A stretch of 64,000 nt of DNA from positions 7,974,084-8,038,083 of the forward strand of contig NC_057750.1 of assembly GCF_004010195.1 (NCBI RefSeq). The letters run 5' to 3'. Shown piece by piece: positions 36,877-50,492 of the stretch (position 1 is its first letter; the number at the start of each line of letters is the position of its first letter). Position numbers and translations under genes: made by a program. Under the pieces are notes generated by a model. It was not told the DNA's origin. It did no database searches and saw nothing but the letters and a program-made list of their open reading frames with translations. Source of the stretch: Chiloscyllium plagiosum (taxonomy: Eukaryota).

Positions 36877-38063
36877 TAAACACACCCTTAACAAAGGCAA
36901 ATACAGTAAAATAGATGGTCTGACCATGCAGTGTTTCCGCAGTACAGGAGGAAAGAACATCAAGGGAAACTTCTGGCAGAGACAGGGGACTCAAGGGTTT
37001 TATTGTAGCAGGAGAGGTGTAGGGCAGCTTCAAAACCCCAACAGCTGCTGAAAGCTAAAACTAACACTCTGGTCTGTGGGACTTGATGCCACCCATTCAA
37101 GCTGCTTCTATTGTTCCAACTTTAAAAAACACCCAAGGCCTCACAAGCTGTTTACTTTATCACCTTGGAATAGAAAGCTCAACATATCTGTTTTAAAACC
37201 TCACTTAAAAAAAACAGGACATCCCTTAAAGCCATAGTATTGTCACCCTGAAAATGCTGAAGAAACTCAGATTTTCTGGAGAAGTGTCTTTGAACTTGAA
37301 ACATGAATTCTGTTTCTGTCCACATAGATGCTGTCAGACCTGCTGAATTTCCTCCAGCACTTCCTGTTCTGATTTTAGATCTCAGCTGTTGTGTTTTTAA
37401 GGACCAGAGGAGGAACATTACACTACACTAGTACCTATGCCTGTGAATGTGTAAAAGTCAGTGTCCACGGGTCTTTCTGTGAGTGTGTGAATGCCCGGGT
37501 GTTGGTATGAGTGCTTGTAGGGAGGTGAAGACAGGCTTCTGTTTGGCTATGAAGCCTCCCAATCAATCATAGTTTTTCATACACTCTGTGAAGGACGGAT
37601 TTGACTCTGGATGTGACCCACATTTGCTTAAACGAGAGAGAGTCTGCTGGAAAGGAAGGGGAGAAAGTATTGAGAATCTCAGTTTCCCCTTCCCCTCAGA
37701 TGTTTATAGCAGTGCTACTCACTGTGTGAGGCTGTAAGTCCTGCTCTGGTTTGAGTTAAAATTCTGGCTGGTTGCCACTCTCACGACAGCATTGAGGAGC
37801 TCTAGGAATGTTTGCGGTTGAGCTCTTAGATTGTGTTTATGAGAAGGAAATAAGGCTCCCATGCTGTTGCGCAGAAGGGAATCAGATGCCAAGCAATCTT
37901 CTGTTCAAAACAAGGAGGTGGGTGGGGAAGAATTGGTCTTAAAGCGATAGGCCCTCATTGAACAAATTTACTCCTCTCCTCCTGGAGTCTCTGAACCTTA
38001 CAGGGATACAACTTGAAGCACAGTCCTCAGTGTCTCTCCCAGTGGCTGTTGCTTATGTATGAG

Positions 38064-38330
38064 CAAGGAAGAAGAGGGAAGGGAAGGAAGGACAAAAAGA
38101 ATGGAAGAAACAAAAGAAAACAAGGAGAAAAGAAAGAATAAAGGAAAGGAAGGATAAAGGAAGGAAGAAAAAAGAGGACGGAAAGAAAGAAGGAAGAGAA
38201 AGAAACAGGAAGAGAAAAAAACAGGAAAAGAAAGAAAGAAAAAAGGAAGGAAAGAAGGAAGGAAGGAAGGAAAGAATGAAGGGGAAAGGTAGGAGAAAAG
38301 GAAGGAAAAAAAGGAAATAGATGAAAGGAA
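38064..38330 (+). repeat. Polypurine (GAAA/GGAA)-rich low-complexity tract
   Basis: ~270 bp almost purely A/G. Confidence 0.95.
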
Positions 38331-40344
38331 TTATTTATGTGGCACCTTTCACAATGAATGAATGTCTCAGTGCCCTTCACAGGCATTTAAATATTTCAAA
38401 GTGCCATCGCTGTTATAATGCAGGAAACACAAGAGCCAATCTATCCACAGGAAGTTCCCATAAACCGCAACAGGATGATCACTAGAAAAATCAGTTTTTA
38501 TGACATTGGTTGACGGATAAGAATTGGCCAGAATACCTTGAGGTTAACCGTCCTGTTATTCTTCAAAATAGCACTGTGGGATCATTGACATTGATCTGAC
38601 AGTATAACCAAACTGACCTGCCCTCAGCCAGTTTCCACACCCAACATCAAATGGATGGAGTCGGTGCATAGCAATGGGGAACTGGCTGGCTTTGGCCTTT
38701 CCCCAAGTTCAGAAATGGAGCTGGGGCTGATGAGAACAACCTCATGGCACCCACAAGCAGCAAAGAGGTAAAGGCCAGATACCCTTTTCAAAGACATTGG
38801 AAGGATATATAGTGGCCTGGACACTGGACAGGACTGAAAACGTTTAGTTAGGGGAGATCCTGAGTCATCGTGGACAGGGGAGTGGTGCATGGTTAGTATC
38901 TGCGATTCGCAAACAGAATCTTGAATTCTCACTTCTCAAAATGAAGTGGTCTGGCTCCTGCAGCGGTTAGGTATTTGTGGGGTGAGGTTGGGAGGTCATA
39001 TTCACCAGCCGTGAATTCTCCTTCACTTTGATTGGTGCTGAACAGCAATAACTTGCCTTCGATATGGTAAACATGGCCAAGTGTTTGACAGGAATGATAT
39101 TAGTCAAAATGTGGGATGAATCTCCTGAGGAAGTGGTGGATGTGGTTACAGCGTTTAAAAGACATTTGGATAAGTACACGTATAAGAAATGTTTGGAGGG
39201 ATATGGACCAAGAGCAGGCAGGAAGGACTAGTTTAGTTTGGGATTATGGTCGGCATGGACTAGTTGGACCGAAGGGTCTGTTTCTGCGCTGTATGACTCT
39301 ATCACTCCATAAAAACCACATGATGTGTTGGGGGAGGAGACTGAAAGCTTGGCTGAAGGGGTGTAAGACGGTAAGATGTCAGAACAGACACAGGCCATTC
39401 AGCCCATCAAATCTGCTCTGCCATTCAATGAGAACTGATAATCCTTAACTCCACTCTCCTGCATTTTCCCCATAACCTTTGATACCCTCCCTGATTAAAA
39501 ATTGATTTCCTCACTGATCTGTCTATTTCACCCTTGAACATTAACAGCCCAGCCTCAACAGCCCTTGATGGTCAAGACTTCCATTGGTTCACAGGTTCAA
39601 AAGAGCACTTTGAAAAATGACTGCGGGGTAAGGAGTTTTAAGGTGGGAATTCCGGAGTTAGGGTGTGGCTACCTGGGGCAGAGGTCACCTCATGCTGGGC
39701 TGAAGAAAATTGGGGTGATACACAAGCCAGAGACGGGGGAATTCAGGAAGACAGTCTCACGACAACCGACAGGAATGTTTGCAAAGAGAACAAAGTCGCA
39801 CACCACTGCTTTAAGTGAATGGGGAAGGGACAAAAGGGCATTTGGTTCAGTGAAGCCAAGAGCATTGTGATTGAAATCATCTGGTTGTCTGCAATAAGCC
39901 CGGTCAGGTGAGAGGAAATATAGACTGAGAGCGAGCAGCTCCTCACTGACTCTGCAGTAATTACCTAATTGGACACAAATGTGATCGGCAGCCTGTGTGG
40001 CACTAATGGCTGGTTCAGGGAGCAAAGGTCACCGCTAACTGGCTTACATCAAGCAAACCCTGCATCTTTATCAACGCTCAGCCTTGTTGAAAACACAACC
40101 CTCGCTCTCAGCGCCCACATTTGAAACCCTGTGTTGTTCTCTCAGATTTTCTTTAGAGGAAATCTTTACCTTCCAGCTCAACCCCCTTGCTTTCAGCCAG
40201 GATTGCTACAAATAACCACCTCGCATTTGTATAGCACCTCTTGTGTAATAAAACTCCCTGAAGTGGAGTGTGATCAGGAAAAATTTGATCCTGAGCTACA
40301 TATTAGGGCAGACGGGGTAGGTTCTTAAAGAATCTTTAATATTT

Positions 40345-40920
40345 ATTATTTCGTGGAATATGATTTTTATGGCAATGCCAGAATATATTCCTAATTACCC
40401 TTTAATTGTCCACAAGGGGTAGTGTCACCCACAATGCTGTTAGGGAGGGAGTTCCAGGACTCTGACCCAGTGATGCTGAAGGAATGACAGTACGTTTCCA
40501 GGTCAGGAACATGAGTGGCTTGGGAAGGGATCTTGCTAGTGATAGTGTGCCCGTGTATCTGCTTCCCTTGTCCTTCCAGATGGTAGAGGTCATGGGTTTG
40601 AAAGGTGTTGTCTAAGGGGCCTTGGAGAGTTGTTGCAGTTCATCTTGTAGATGGTAAAGACTGCTGCTACTGAATGGAGGGAGTGAATACTGAGGTTGGT
40701 TAATGGGGTTTCAGTCAAGTGGGCTGCTTTGTCTTGGTTGGAGTCAAGCTTCTTGAGTGTTGTTGGAGCTGTGCTCATCCAGGGCAAGTGGGGAGTATTC
40801 CCTCACACTCCTGACTTGTGCCTTGTAGATGGTGGACTGGCCTCGGGGAGTCCGGAGATGAGTTACACGCCACTGAATTCCCAATATCTGAGTTGATCTT
40901 GTAGCTACAGTACGGCCAAT
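40345..40920 (-). mobile_element. Second CR1/L2-group LINE family, RT C-terminus and 3' UTR
   Basis: STIYKAQVRSVREYSPLA / WMSTAPTTLKKLDSNQDKAAHL across ORFs 40744..40929 and 40590..40787. Confidence 0.75.
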
Positions 40921-40984
40921 TTTATCCAAATGGATTAGATAATGGTAACAGAGTTGAATGTTAAGGAGATGGTTAAAACTTGGA

Positions 40985-41790
40985 GATCGAACTGAGGTAT
41001 ATATAAGATGCTAAACAGGATTGACCAAGTGGATGTGGAGAGGATGTTTCCTCATAGAGTCATAGAGATGTACACCACAAAAACAGACACTTCAGTCCAA
41101 CTTGTCCATGATGACCAGATGTTCTAAATTAATCTATTTGCCAGCGCTTGGCCCATATCCCTCTAAACCCTTCCTATTCATATACCCATCCAGATGCCTT
41201 TTGAATGTTGTAATTGTACCAGCCTCCATCAATTCCTCTGGCAGCACATTCCATACACGCACCACCCTCTGCGTGAAAAAGTTGCCCCTTAGGTCTCTTT
41301 TAAATGTTTCCCCTTTTACCTTAAACCTCTGCCCTCTAGTTTTGGACTCCCCCACCCTTGGCTACTCATCCTGTTAAACAATGGCACCACATTAGCCAAC
41401 CTCCAGTCTTCTGGTACCTCACCCATGGCTACAGATGCTACCTCAGCAAAGTGCCCAGCAATCACTTCCCTAGCTTCCCACAAAGTTCCAAGGACAATCA
41501 TGCGTAACAATCTAGAATAAGAGATCACAATTTTTTGGATAAGGGAAAGGGGATTTTAAACAGAGATGACAAGAAATTACTTCTCTCAAAGTGTTGTGAA
41601 TCTGTGGAATTCTCTGCCCGGGAATGCGGGGAACAAATTGAATACATTTAAGGAGAAGGTAGACAGATTTTTTTCATTCGTAATGGTTTGAAGGATGATG
41701 GACAGCAGGCCAGAAATGGACTTGAGACGAAGATGAAATCAGTCTTGATGGTATTAAATAGCAGAAGCAAGCTTGAAGGGCTGAATTAGA
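40985..41790. mobile_element. CR1 (+) interrupted by CR1/HER1 (-, ~41055-41360)
   Basis: ORF 41134..41355; host resumes at ~41500. Confidence 0.75.
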
Positions 41791-42189
41791 TTCCCTACAG
41801 TGTTGGACTTCCCAACAAGTCCACACCAATCCCCTCCGAAGTGATCCATTGTGGAACGTCTCAAATCGGGAACTAGATGATACATGTAAACCTCCCTCTC
41901 AGTACAAGAGGAGACATTCAGCCCATTGAGTCTGCACTGACTCTCTATCTACCTAGCACCACTCTGATACTGCCCTGGAGAAGTTCTGCCTTCAGAGAGT
42001 GAGCAGGGTATCCTTGAACCCGGAGTGCACTTGGCCACGCAGAAACGTCAAGCAGAGTGCTTTTTCTGGAATCTTGAGTTGGGCACATGAAGACATGGCC
42101 CCCTCCCACAACTCCACAGTGAAACTGACTGAATATGGGCAATTCTTCAATGTGGGAGATGTCAGCCTGAACAAGAACAATGTAGGTAG

Positions 42190-42504
42190 ATTAGATTAGA
42201 TTACTTACAGTGTGGAAACAGGCCCTTCGGCCCAACAAGTCCACACCGACCCGCCGAAGTGCAACCCACCCATACCCCCACATTTACCCCTTTTAACCTA
42301 ACACTATGGGCAATTTAGCATGGCCAATTCACCTGACCTGCACATCTTTGGACTGTGGGAGGAAACCGGAGCACCCGGAGGAAACCCACGCAGACACGGG
42401 GAGAATGTGCAAACTCCACACAGTCAGTCGCCTGAGTCGAGAATTGAACCCGGGTCTCTGGCGCTGTGAGGCAACAGTGCTAACCACTGTGCCACTGTGC
42501 TGCC
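42190..42504 (-). mobile_element. Young HE1 (V-SINE)
   Basis: Reverse (ATTAG)n tail and full body. Confidence 0.95.
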
Positions 42505-43309
42505 TAAAGGTAGTGGCAATGGATTTGCAGGATCCTGTAAAGATAGTGCTGGTGGTACCCTGTCCAGAAAGTTGAGGTGCTCTCTGTACATAGCCCACAT
42601 CTATAGCCATATGGGAGGATGTGTATCACTGTTGCACTGTGGACCATGAGATTTCAGATCCCCAAATTAACAAAAACTCTCTTCCCCTGGTGGCTGGCAC
42701 AATGAAGGCAATGCAAACCTCATTGGGCAGTTTGGTAAAGGACCTTTGTCTTATGAGTGTTTAGTGTAAGGCCCATAATTCAACATAACCAAAGAATGGA
42801 GCATTTTCACTTCAGCCCAACCCTTGAGACTGCATTAAAATCTGACTTTGGTCTCTCTCTTTTGCTGCCCCGCATTCCCAATAGGTGCTATGCCCCAGAA
42901 CCGCATCAAAGTGACTTGCCCAGGTTTGGGTGATGCTGTTGAGTCCTTGCTTGAAGTCCTCATGCTTTCCAGCAGGGGTCTCAGTAGGTTTTCCTTTCTA
43001 GGTCCAGCACAATTGAACAGACGAACTGAAGCCCTTTCTACTGAAGTACGATAACCAATGGTATCCAGCTATGTGCTGCTATCGAGACTCCATTGGTTGT
43101 CATTCTTCAGTGGGGAATGCATTTGGGAATGAACTTTAGTCCTCTCCCCACTTCAGAGCAGCTAATACAAAGGCAAAATATTGTGAATGCTGGAAATCTG
43201 AAATATAAATGGGAATGTAAATTTAGGATACTCCATATGGTAACATATGGAATACGAGTTCAAGCCATCTTTCCTTCTCCCGCAGACGACAAAGGTTGGA
43301 GGGCCTCCC

Positions 43310-43990
43310 TGCGATAGGAAAGACGTTGTTAAACTTGAAAGGGTGCAGAAAAGATTTACAAGGATGTTGCCAGGGTTGGAGGGTTTGAGCTATGGGGAGA
43401 TGCTGAATAGGCTGGGGCATCTCTGGAGCATTGTAGGCTGAGGGGTGATTTTATAGAGGTTTATAAAATCATGAGGGGCATGGATAGGTTGAATAGCCAA
43501 AACTAGAGGGCAGAGGTTTAAGGCGAGAGGGGAAAAAAATTGAAAGAGACCCAAGGGGCAACCTTTTCACACAGAGGGTGGTACATGTAAGGAATGAGCT
43601 GCCAGATGAAGTGGTGGAGGCTAGTACAATTACAATGCTTAAAAGACATCTAGATGGGTACTTGAATAGGAAGGGTTTAGAGGAATATGGCGAAAGTGGT
43701 TACTGCAGATATTGGAGTTTAGAGTCAAGATTGGAGTGGTGCTGGAAAAGCACAGCAGGTCAGGCAGCATCCGAGGAGCAGGAAAATTGGCATTTTGGGC
43801 AAAAGCCCTTCATCAGGAATGAGGCTGGAGAGATAAATAGGAGGGGGGTTGGGCTGGGCAGAAGGTAGCTGAGAGTGCTTAGAGGAATATGGGCCTAATG
43901 CTGGCAAATGGGACTAGATTAAATTAGGACATTTGGTCAGCACAGATGAGTTGGACCAAAGGTATCTGTTTCCCATGCTGTACAATTTAT
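43310..43990 (+). mobile_element. CR1/HER1 3' fragment with antisense PLE insert at 43691-43878
   Basis: [20 protein letters not shown]; insert TSD ttagaggaatatgg at 43677-43690 and 43879-43892. Confidence 0.85.
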
Positions 43991-44904
43991 AATCTGCATT
44001 TATATAGGCTAGGGTGTGCACAACAGTTTACAACACTGACAGACCTCATTGGCTATAACGCAAGAAACATGGCATTCAGCTGACACTGAATCACAGAATT
44101 GTTACAGTGCAGGAGGCCATTTGGCCCATCGTACTTGCACGGTTTCTGCTACCTTGTGCCGTCCTCCTGCCTTTTCCCCATATACCAACACATCATATCT
44201 ATCCAAATCATCATCCAAGGCTTTCTTGAATTTCTCAATTGAACCTGCCACCATCACACTTCAAGGTAGTACATTCCATACCCAAATAACCCACTGTGTG
44301 AAAATGTTTTCTCCCCACATCTTTGTTTGCTGGTTACTGTAAACACATAGCAAACTCTCACAACAGCAATGGAGTAGTCACATTGATGCCAGTGGATCAT
44401 AGGTCAGCTCTCTCGTTAGGGAGAGACAACTGGTGGCAAGTTTAACCGGAGGGTCACCATACGTCAGGTGAGGGGCAAAGTTGTGAAAGTGGGACTTTTG
44501 TGGTAACCTCAGGTTGTGCAGGAATTGAATGTGCGCTGTTGGTGTCACGCTGCATCCCAAACCAGCCATCTGAGTTAATGTGAACGATGGATTAGCCTCT
44601 CTATGTTGCTGCACTGGGTGTGCCAGCCGAGATTATATGCTCAGCTCTCTGGCATGAGACTTGAACTTACAACCTTCTGGTCCAGAGGCTGAAAGAACAA
44701 TCTGTGCCAGCTAGAGGATGAGTGCCAGTTTTCTCAACAAGTGCCATATAAAATTTCTTTGCCATTTTCACCAGCAGAGACGCCTTCAATTAATCATTAG
44801 AAAGACAGAGCCTATGCTAGGTCTCCTGCAGCACTTCTATGTTCAGGTCTCTAGAGTTGGATATAAACCCCTGTGAGCAAGTGCTCAAGAGATTTTTTTT
44901 CTAA

Positions 44905-45260
44905 GGTGATACACTGGCTCAGTGGTTAGCACTGCTGCCTCACAGCACCAGGGATCTGGATGCAATTCTAGCCTTGGGTGGTCATGCAAACTCCAAACAG
45001 ACATTCTGCCCGTGTCTGCGTAGGGTTCCTCTGGGGGGTCTGATATCCTCCCATAGTTCAATGTTGTGCAGGTTAGGTGGATTGGCCGTGCTAAATTGCT
45101 CTGTAGCATCCAGGGATGTGCAGTCGAGGTGGATTAGTCAGGGGAAATGCAGGGTTACTGGGAAAGAGTGGGGGGGCTAGCTCTGGGTGGGATGCTCTTC
45201 AGAGGGTTGGTGCAGACTCAATGGGCAGAATGGTCTCTTTCCACACTGTAGGGATTCACT
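44905..45260 (+). mobile_element. HE1 (V-SINE), diverged
   Basis: Head and tail motifs. Confidence 0.8.
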
Positions 45261-47489
45261 GAACCTACAACACAGCTGAACCAAGATGCATGAAGCCATG
45301 TTGAAAACGGGTGTTATTTATAACGAATGCTTGTCTGGTCCACCTCCTGATCAAATAGCTTCTGTGAGCTCACACAACAACTAAGAATCATTGACACTTA
45401 CTGGTTGAGTGGAGTTGTGCAATCAAAGCAGCTGCTTTGCAGTTAGGGGACCTGGTTTCCATGGTGATAACAGATTGCAGCAGTGTGCCTCTTGCTGAGA
45501 AGCTACCAGCATTGTCAGTAATATTAATGTCTTTGGAAAATGCATCGCTGTGGGGGGTGAAGGTGGTATGGTGGGTGGGAGATTTTACACAGAAGAAAAG
45601 GCTGAATTCTGCCAAAAATAAACCTAGAAATTCACTTCTGGTTTCTGTTATAGCTCAAAGTGAACAGGAAGGGTTTGGAGGGACGTGGGCCAAATGCTGG
45701 CAAATGGCACTAAGTTAATTTTGGATATCTGGACGGTATGGATGTGTTGGACCAAAGAGCACTATCTCGCTCTTTTGAGTATAGCAGGGACAATAGAACT
45801 GCTGATGACAGTGCTGATGGGTTAGTAATCTGAAGCAGCACGATCCATTTCAATCATAGCATAATTTTTTTAAAAAACTGCATTTGGTTTTCTTTTTTAA
45901 CTTCATCCAAAATTGCAAACCCACCTTTCTCATCTCCTCTTCTCCAATTCCCGGGTTCTGGTAGGTTTTGAGGTCAGTTTGGACTAGAACCGACAGCCAT
46001 GTTCATCCAGTGTGGACCCAGGTCATCAACAAACTGCTGGGACCTTCATAGTTCAGCCTGTTTATAAATTGGCCACACCAACTCTAGGACCGTACGGCTT
46101 AGACCAAAGATTACACAGGGCCTACATGCTCAAGTGAATATGGAGACTTGGGTTGCCAGACCTGCTTAAACTCTTTCTTGTACATTTCTAAGTTTGGTTT
46201 TGTTCCCCCTGTACCCAGTTTTAGGCTGGAGAGTACACGCTCTCTAAGGATAAATATTTTTATTATTATTCATTAAAGGGATTAGGACATCATTGACCAG
46301 GGCAGTATTTATTGCCCATTCTTAACTGTCCAGTAAAAAACTTGTACACAGGTGCTGAACAGCTTCAGTCCTCATAGAATCTCTATCCATACATCATTTT
46401 GCTGTTGTAACTGAAAAACTGTATGCGAACCTTGTCTGATTAGAGCAGGTAGGCTTCTTCCCTGCCCCTCAATCCACCCTGTGTTGCTTAGGAATAGACT
46501 GGAGACTGAGAGAGGCAGTGGGAGACGAACATAGGGGAGAAAGGAATATCTGGACTAAATGAGAGAAAGAAACAAACTTGTTTTCATCCATTATATCAAA
46601 TTGTTTACGTTGAGCAACAAGCATGACGACAAAGCTGCTGTTTAATATCTTATTTGAAAGACAATCGCTCCAAATATGCTCCTGGTTAAGCAACCCCTCT
46701 GTTTTAATTACCTTCAATTACTAATCCTGCCATGGCCACACACTATTACCAAATCTGTCATCTTCTCCAGTGGTGAAATGCTCTTGACATATCTGTGCTC
46801 ATGTAATCAGAGTATTCCTGCTTGGTGGCTCTACCTTCAGCTCCCCAAGTTGAATTCCGCTTTAAACCTACCTGCCTTTGTCCCCTTAGTCTGACAGAGC
46901 TTTTGAGTGTCTGCTTTAATACCTCCTTAGATAGCTCAATGTCAAGTTTTTGTTTTATGATGCTCCTGTGAGTAATCTTCAAAGTTTTTATTATGTTAAA
47001 GATACTGTATGAATAAAAATTGTGTTGAATTACACTGGGAGTGCCAGCATTGATGACATGTTTGAGACTCTTCGCAGGTAGGACGATTTGTGTCCCAACC
47101 TTTGTCCATCTGCCAGTTTATGGAAACACAGAAGAATAATTTCTAACATTTATTGCAACAGAATGTTGCTTCAACATAGCAGCTTAAATCTATCGACAGT
47201 TCCAAAATGCTGTCTCACTAAGTGAAACTAAGATTTTAAACATTGTTATCAGGATACAAACATTAAAGCTTTTAGGGCCTGCACTCATCAGAATTAGGAC
47301 ACGTTAAAAAAAACACTTTTATACAGCATGGGAAAGGGTGCTGACTGGTTGGGTCATTACTGACATGGAAACACAGTAAGAACAGTTCAGTCAATCTTAA
47401 TTCTCAGGCTAAGCAGGTAAATTCTGATTCGGCAGGATGTTGCCATGGAGATACAGCAGCGATTGACCATCTCCATTTTTTTTTCAAAA

Positions 47490-48068
47490 TAAATGGTACA
47501 GCGATAAGATGTTGGTGAGACCACTTTTGGAATACTGTGTTCAATTCTGGCTTCCCTGCTGTAGGAAAGATGTTGAGAAACTTGAAAGGGTTCAGAAAAG
47601 ATTCACACAGATGTTGCCAGGGTTGGAGGGTTTGAACTATAGGGAGAGGCTGAATTGGCTGAAGCTGTTTTCCCTGGAACATAGGAAGCTGAGGAGCGAC
47701 CTTATGGAAGTTTATAAAATCATGAGGGGCATGCATAGGGTGAATAGTCAGAGTCTTTTCCTCAGGGCAGGGGAGTCCAAAACTAGAGGGATTTGGTTTA
47801 AGGTGAGGGGGAAAACTTTAAAAGGGACCGAAGGGCTACTTTTTCACGCAGAGGGTGGTGTGTGTATGGAATGAACTGCCAGAGAAAGTGGTGGAGGCAG
47901 GTGCAATTACATTTAAAAGACATCCAGATAGGTACACAAATAGGAAGGATTTAGAGGGATTAGTCCAAATGCTAGCTAATGGGACTAGATTAATTTAGGA
48001 TATCTAGTCGGCTTGGACGAGTTGGACTGAAGCATCTGTTTCTGTCCTGTACAGTTCTATGATTCTAC
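47490..48068 (+). mobile_element. CR1/HER1 3' fragment
   Basis: ORF 47509..47874; tail gttctatgattcta. Confidence 0.92.
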
Positions 48069-48769
48069 GTGTTTACAGATTCCCATGTGTTTATTTATAT
48101 GGCAAATGCATCACACACTTCAAGTCCAAGTGACCTTAAATTGGTTCACACGTAACTTTTAAAACAGTCCAAATTATTTAATAAATGATTTCCAATGGCA
48201 GAAATGCATCTGATAGTGGATACACTTGAGAGTCTTGCAGTGACGGGCTGGTTCATTACGATCAGCAGGTTGCTGCTATGAATGGTCAACAGGACGTGTT
48301 GTTGATACAATTCTCCAGTCATAGGGACATATTGTCGACATACCTAGCCCCACACTGCTGAAACTCAGACATTACTCACTAATGTGGTCAGAAAAACCTT
48401 TGAATTAGTTTCAGCATTGGAAGATTTACTATGTGGCAGCAGTGTGAGACAGATCTGTTGTTCAAACGTTTGTCATTTCTCCCCCTCCCAGGGTATTCAG
48501 AGGTAGATTGGGCATCATTCAGGAACCAAAGCTGTGGATATAGATTTTTGTGATTTACAATACATGATGATTTGGCCAGGGTTTCTGTTATCATGCATGA
48601 TCGTTTTGATATGCCTTCTCTCAGCACCAAGTTTATGTGGTAAAGAAATGGCTTGGACCCTATTCATACTGTTGTCAATTGATTGATCTTGTAGCTTGTG
48701 GGATTATAGGAAAACCAACATATATGTACTGACCAGTACACGTACCCTTTGGAGATGGTTGTTGAAAAC

Positions 48770-50390
48770 AGATTTTTTCATACGCACGTACTTTATTCAA
48801 ACACGAGCCATAAAAAGAGGGTGAGGCAAATGTCTTATCTCAAACAAAATGCCATCTAGAGAGCATTTTGCTTTATCCCAACCACAGACCTATAACTCTG
48901 CAACAGTACAAAGTGAACAGTGATTAGTCACCCTGGATGTTCAGTCAGCATTTACATTTATTCTTTCAGTCAGGTAATTTTGACTGGTGGCTTTCCAGAG
49001 CTTTGGATAGTTATAAATCCAGAGGTTTTGTCATTAAGTAACAGTTACACAGAACAAGGTCGCAGCCGGCAGTGCCACCAATCGGTCAGTGACTTGGTCA
49101 ATGGAACAAAATTAAATGTTTCTACAACATTTTCTGCTCATTTCTGCAGACAGTTCAATTACTAGCATCAATTACCACAAATTCTATGTCTTATTTGGAA
49201 CAAAATGATAAAAAAATCAAAGAAAATACTGTTCTCTGTAAACTACAAACACAGGTTACTGAATTCTGGTTATTTGACTGGTGAATTTCCTGATAGCTTC
49301 CATCAAGCCTTCCTGGTGGAGGGATAATGGCCCCCAATGCAATCTGTGGGAATCTCAATTTCATAAAGTCCTGAATTGTTAATGCCAGATCATTCCCTCT
49401 TCCTCTGTATGAACGAAATGTTACATTATGATCTCTGGGTGCAAGGAGCATTAGAAAATGCATGATACACATGGAATAGAGCTCTATTATTTAGCTCCAA
49501 CAAACCTAATCAAAACAATGCTCCCACTCAGAGTGCTTGGTGTAAGTTTAAATGGGCAAAAACCCAAAGTAACAATGATCCTGAGGCCAAATGACTCGGC
49601 TTCTTTAAAACTGAACTGGAGGCAGTAAATTGACAGAGCTGTTCATAAATTAAGGTGACAAGAATACACTGGTTTTGCTGTATTAATCATATCCAGCATG
49701 CTGTCACTCATATACTATATCAAAGGACAAAATGTGTTAAAAAGCATTTCTTGCACAATAATCTTTCAAATTTGGACCCGCCACTAATATTTCTGATGTG
49801 ACTGTACATTGCTCTTTGCAGGAACAGCAAAATACACACCTAGGACTATGGACAGAATCTGAAAATTTCATTTGCTCACTACTGCGTTCATCTGAAATTC
49901 TATTGACAACACTGACACAGCCTGCACAAATTTCCACTGCTAAAAGCTCAGGCTTGTGTTCAGATTACATTAATGGTCCCACAGTGTGCTTGCACTTTTC
50001 CTCCCTCTCTGAACAAAGTCCAACTGACCTACTGCAAAACAACTATTTGCCTAATGCTAGGGCTAATTTGACAGCGCAGCCTCCAAAATTTAGAATTTTG
50101 TGTGGATACCAATGAATCAACAGCCAGATAACCAGAGGCACGGGATCCCCTTACAATCAGATTAACTCATGACAGAGATGCTGAAGCATTACATAATATT
50201 TCAGTGGGGTTTGACAGGGGTTAAATGGTCATTCTCCTGTAGCAATTGGGTTAACATTCACTGTTCCCTGTATGTTTCATTCACCTCTTTTCACTCGCTC
50301 CAACACACACACATACATACATGCACACCAATGGAACACGAAGGGAGAGAGTTGCTGTTTAAATGTTCTTTCAGTTTTCGATCAAAACTT
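48770..50390 (-). other. AP2S1: Probable AP2S1 3' UTR
   Basis: Repeat-free stretch directly after the stop codon, ending at a minus-strand AATAAA (48792-48797) followed by U-rich sequence; end point inferred. Confidence 0.55.
48792..48797 (-). terminator. Candidate polyadenylation signal AATAAA for AP2S1
   Basis: tttatt on the + strand; a second candidate lies at 48090-48095. Confidence 0.5.
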
Positions 50391-50492
50391 TCACTCCAAG
50401 GACTGCAGCATGAGGAGCTGTTTTAGCACCTTTGTCTGGCTCGTTTCCCTGATCTCGCCTGCAAGGAACATCTCATCCACCACTGTATATAC
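50391..50492 (-). CDS. AP2S1: AP-2 complex subunit sigma, last coding exon (aa 110-142 + TGA)
   Basis: tttgcag|VYTVVDEMFLAGEIRETSQTKVLKQLLMLQSLE*; the canonical AP2S1 C-terminus, inside ORF 50391..50582. Confidence 0.97.
   Translation of the reverse strand, partial: VYTVVDEMFLAGEIRETSQTKVLKQLLMLQSLE

Larger units (their letters stand above)
35503..37247. mobile_element. Outer solo LTR (4-bp TSD ctga) containing nested insertions
   Basis: TSD ctga at 35499-35502 and 37248-37251; homologous to the inner LTR and to 21902-22606. Confidence 0.75.

Noticed and set aside
38027..38386. Hydrophobic Phe/Leu/Ser ORF resembling a membrane protein
   Set aside because: Translation of the polypyrimidine strand of a low-complexity tract.
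1..48000. SLC1A5, the human downstream neighbour of AP2S1
   Set aside because: No ORF or exon resembling it was seen; synteny cannot be confirmed from this window.
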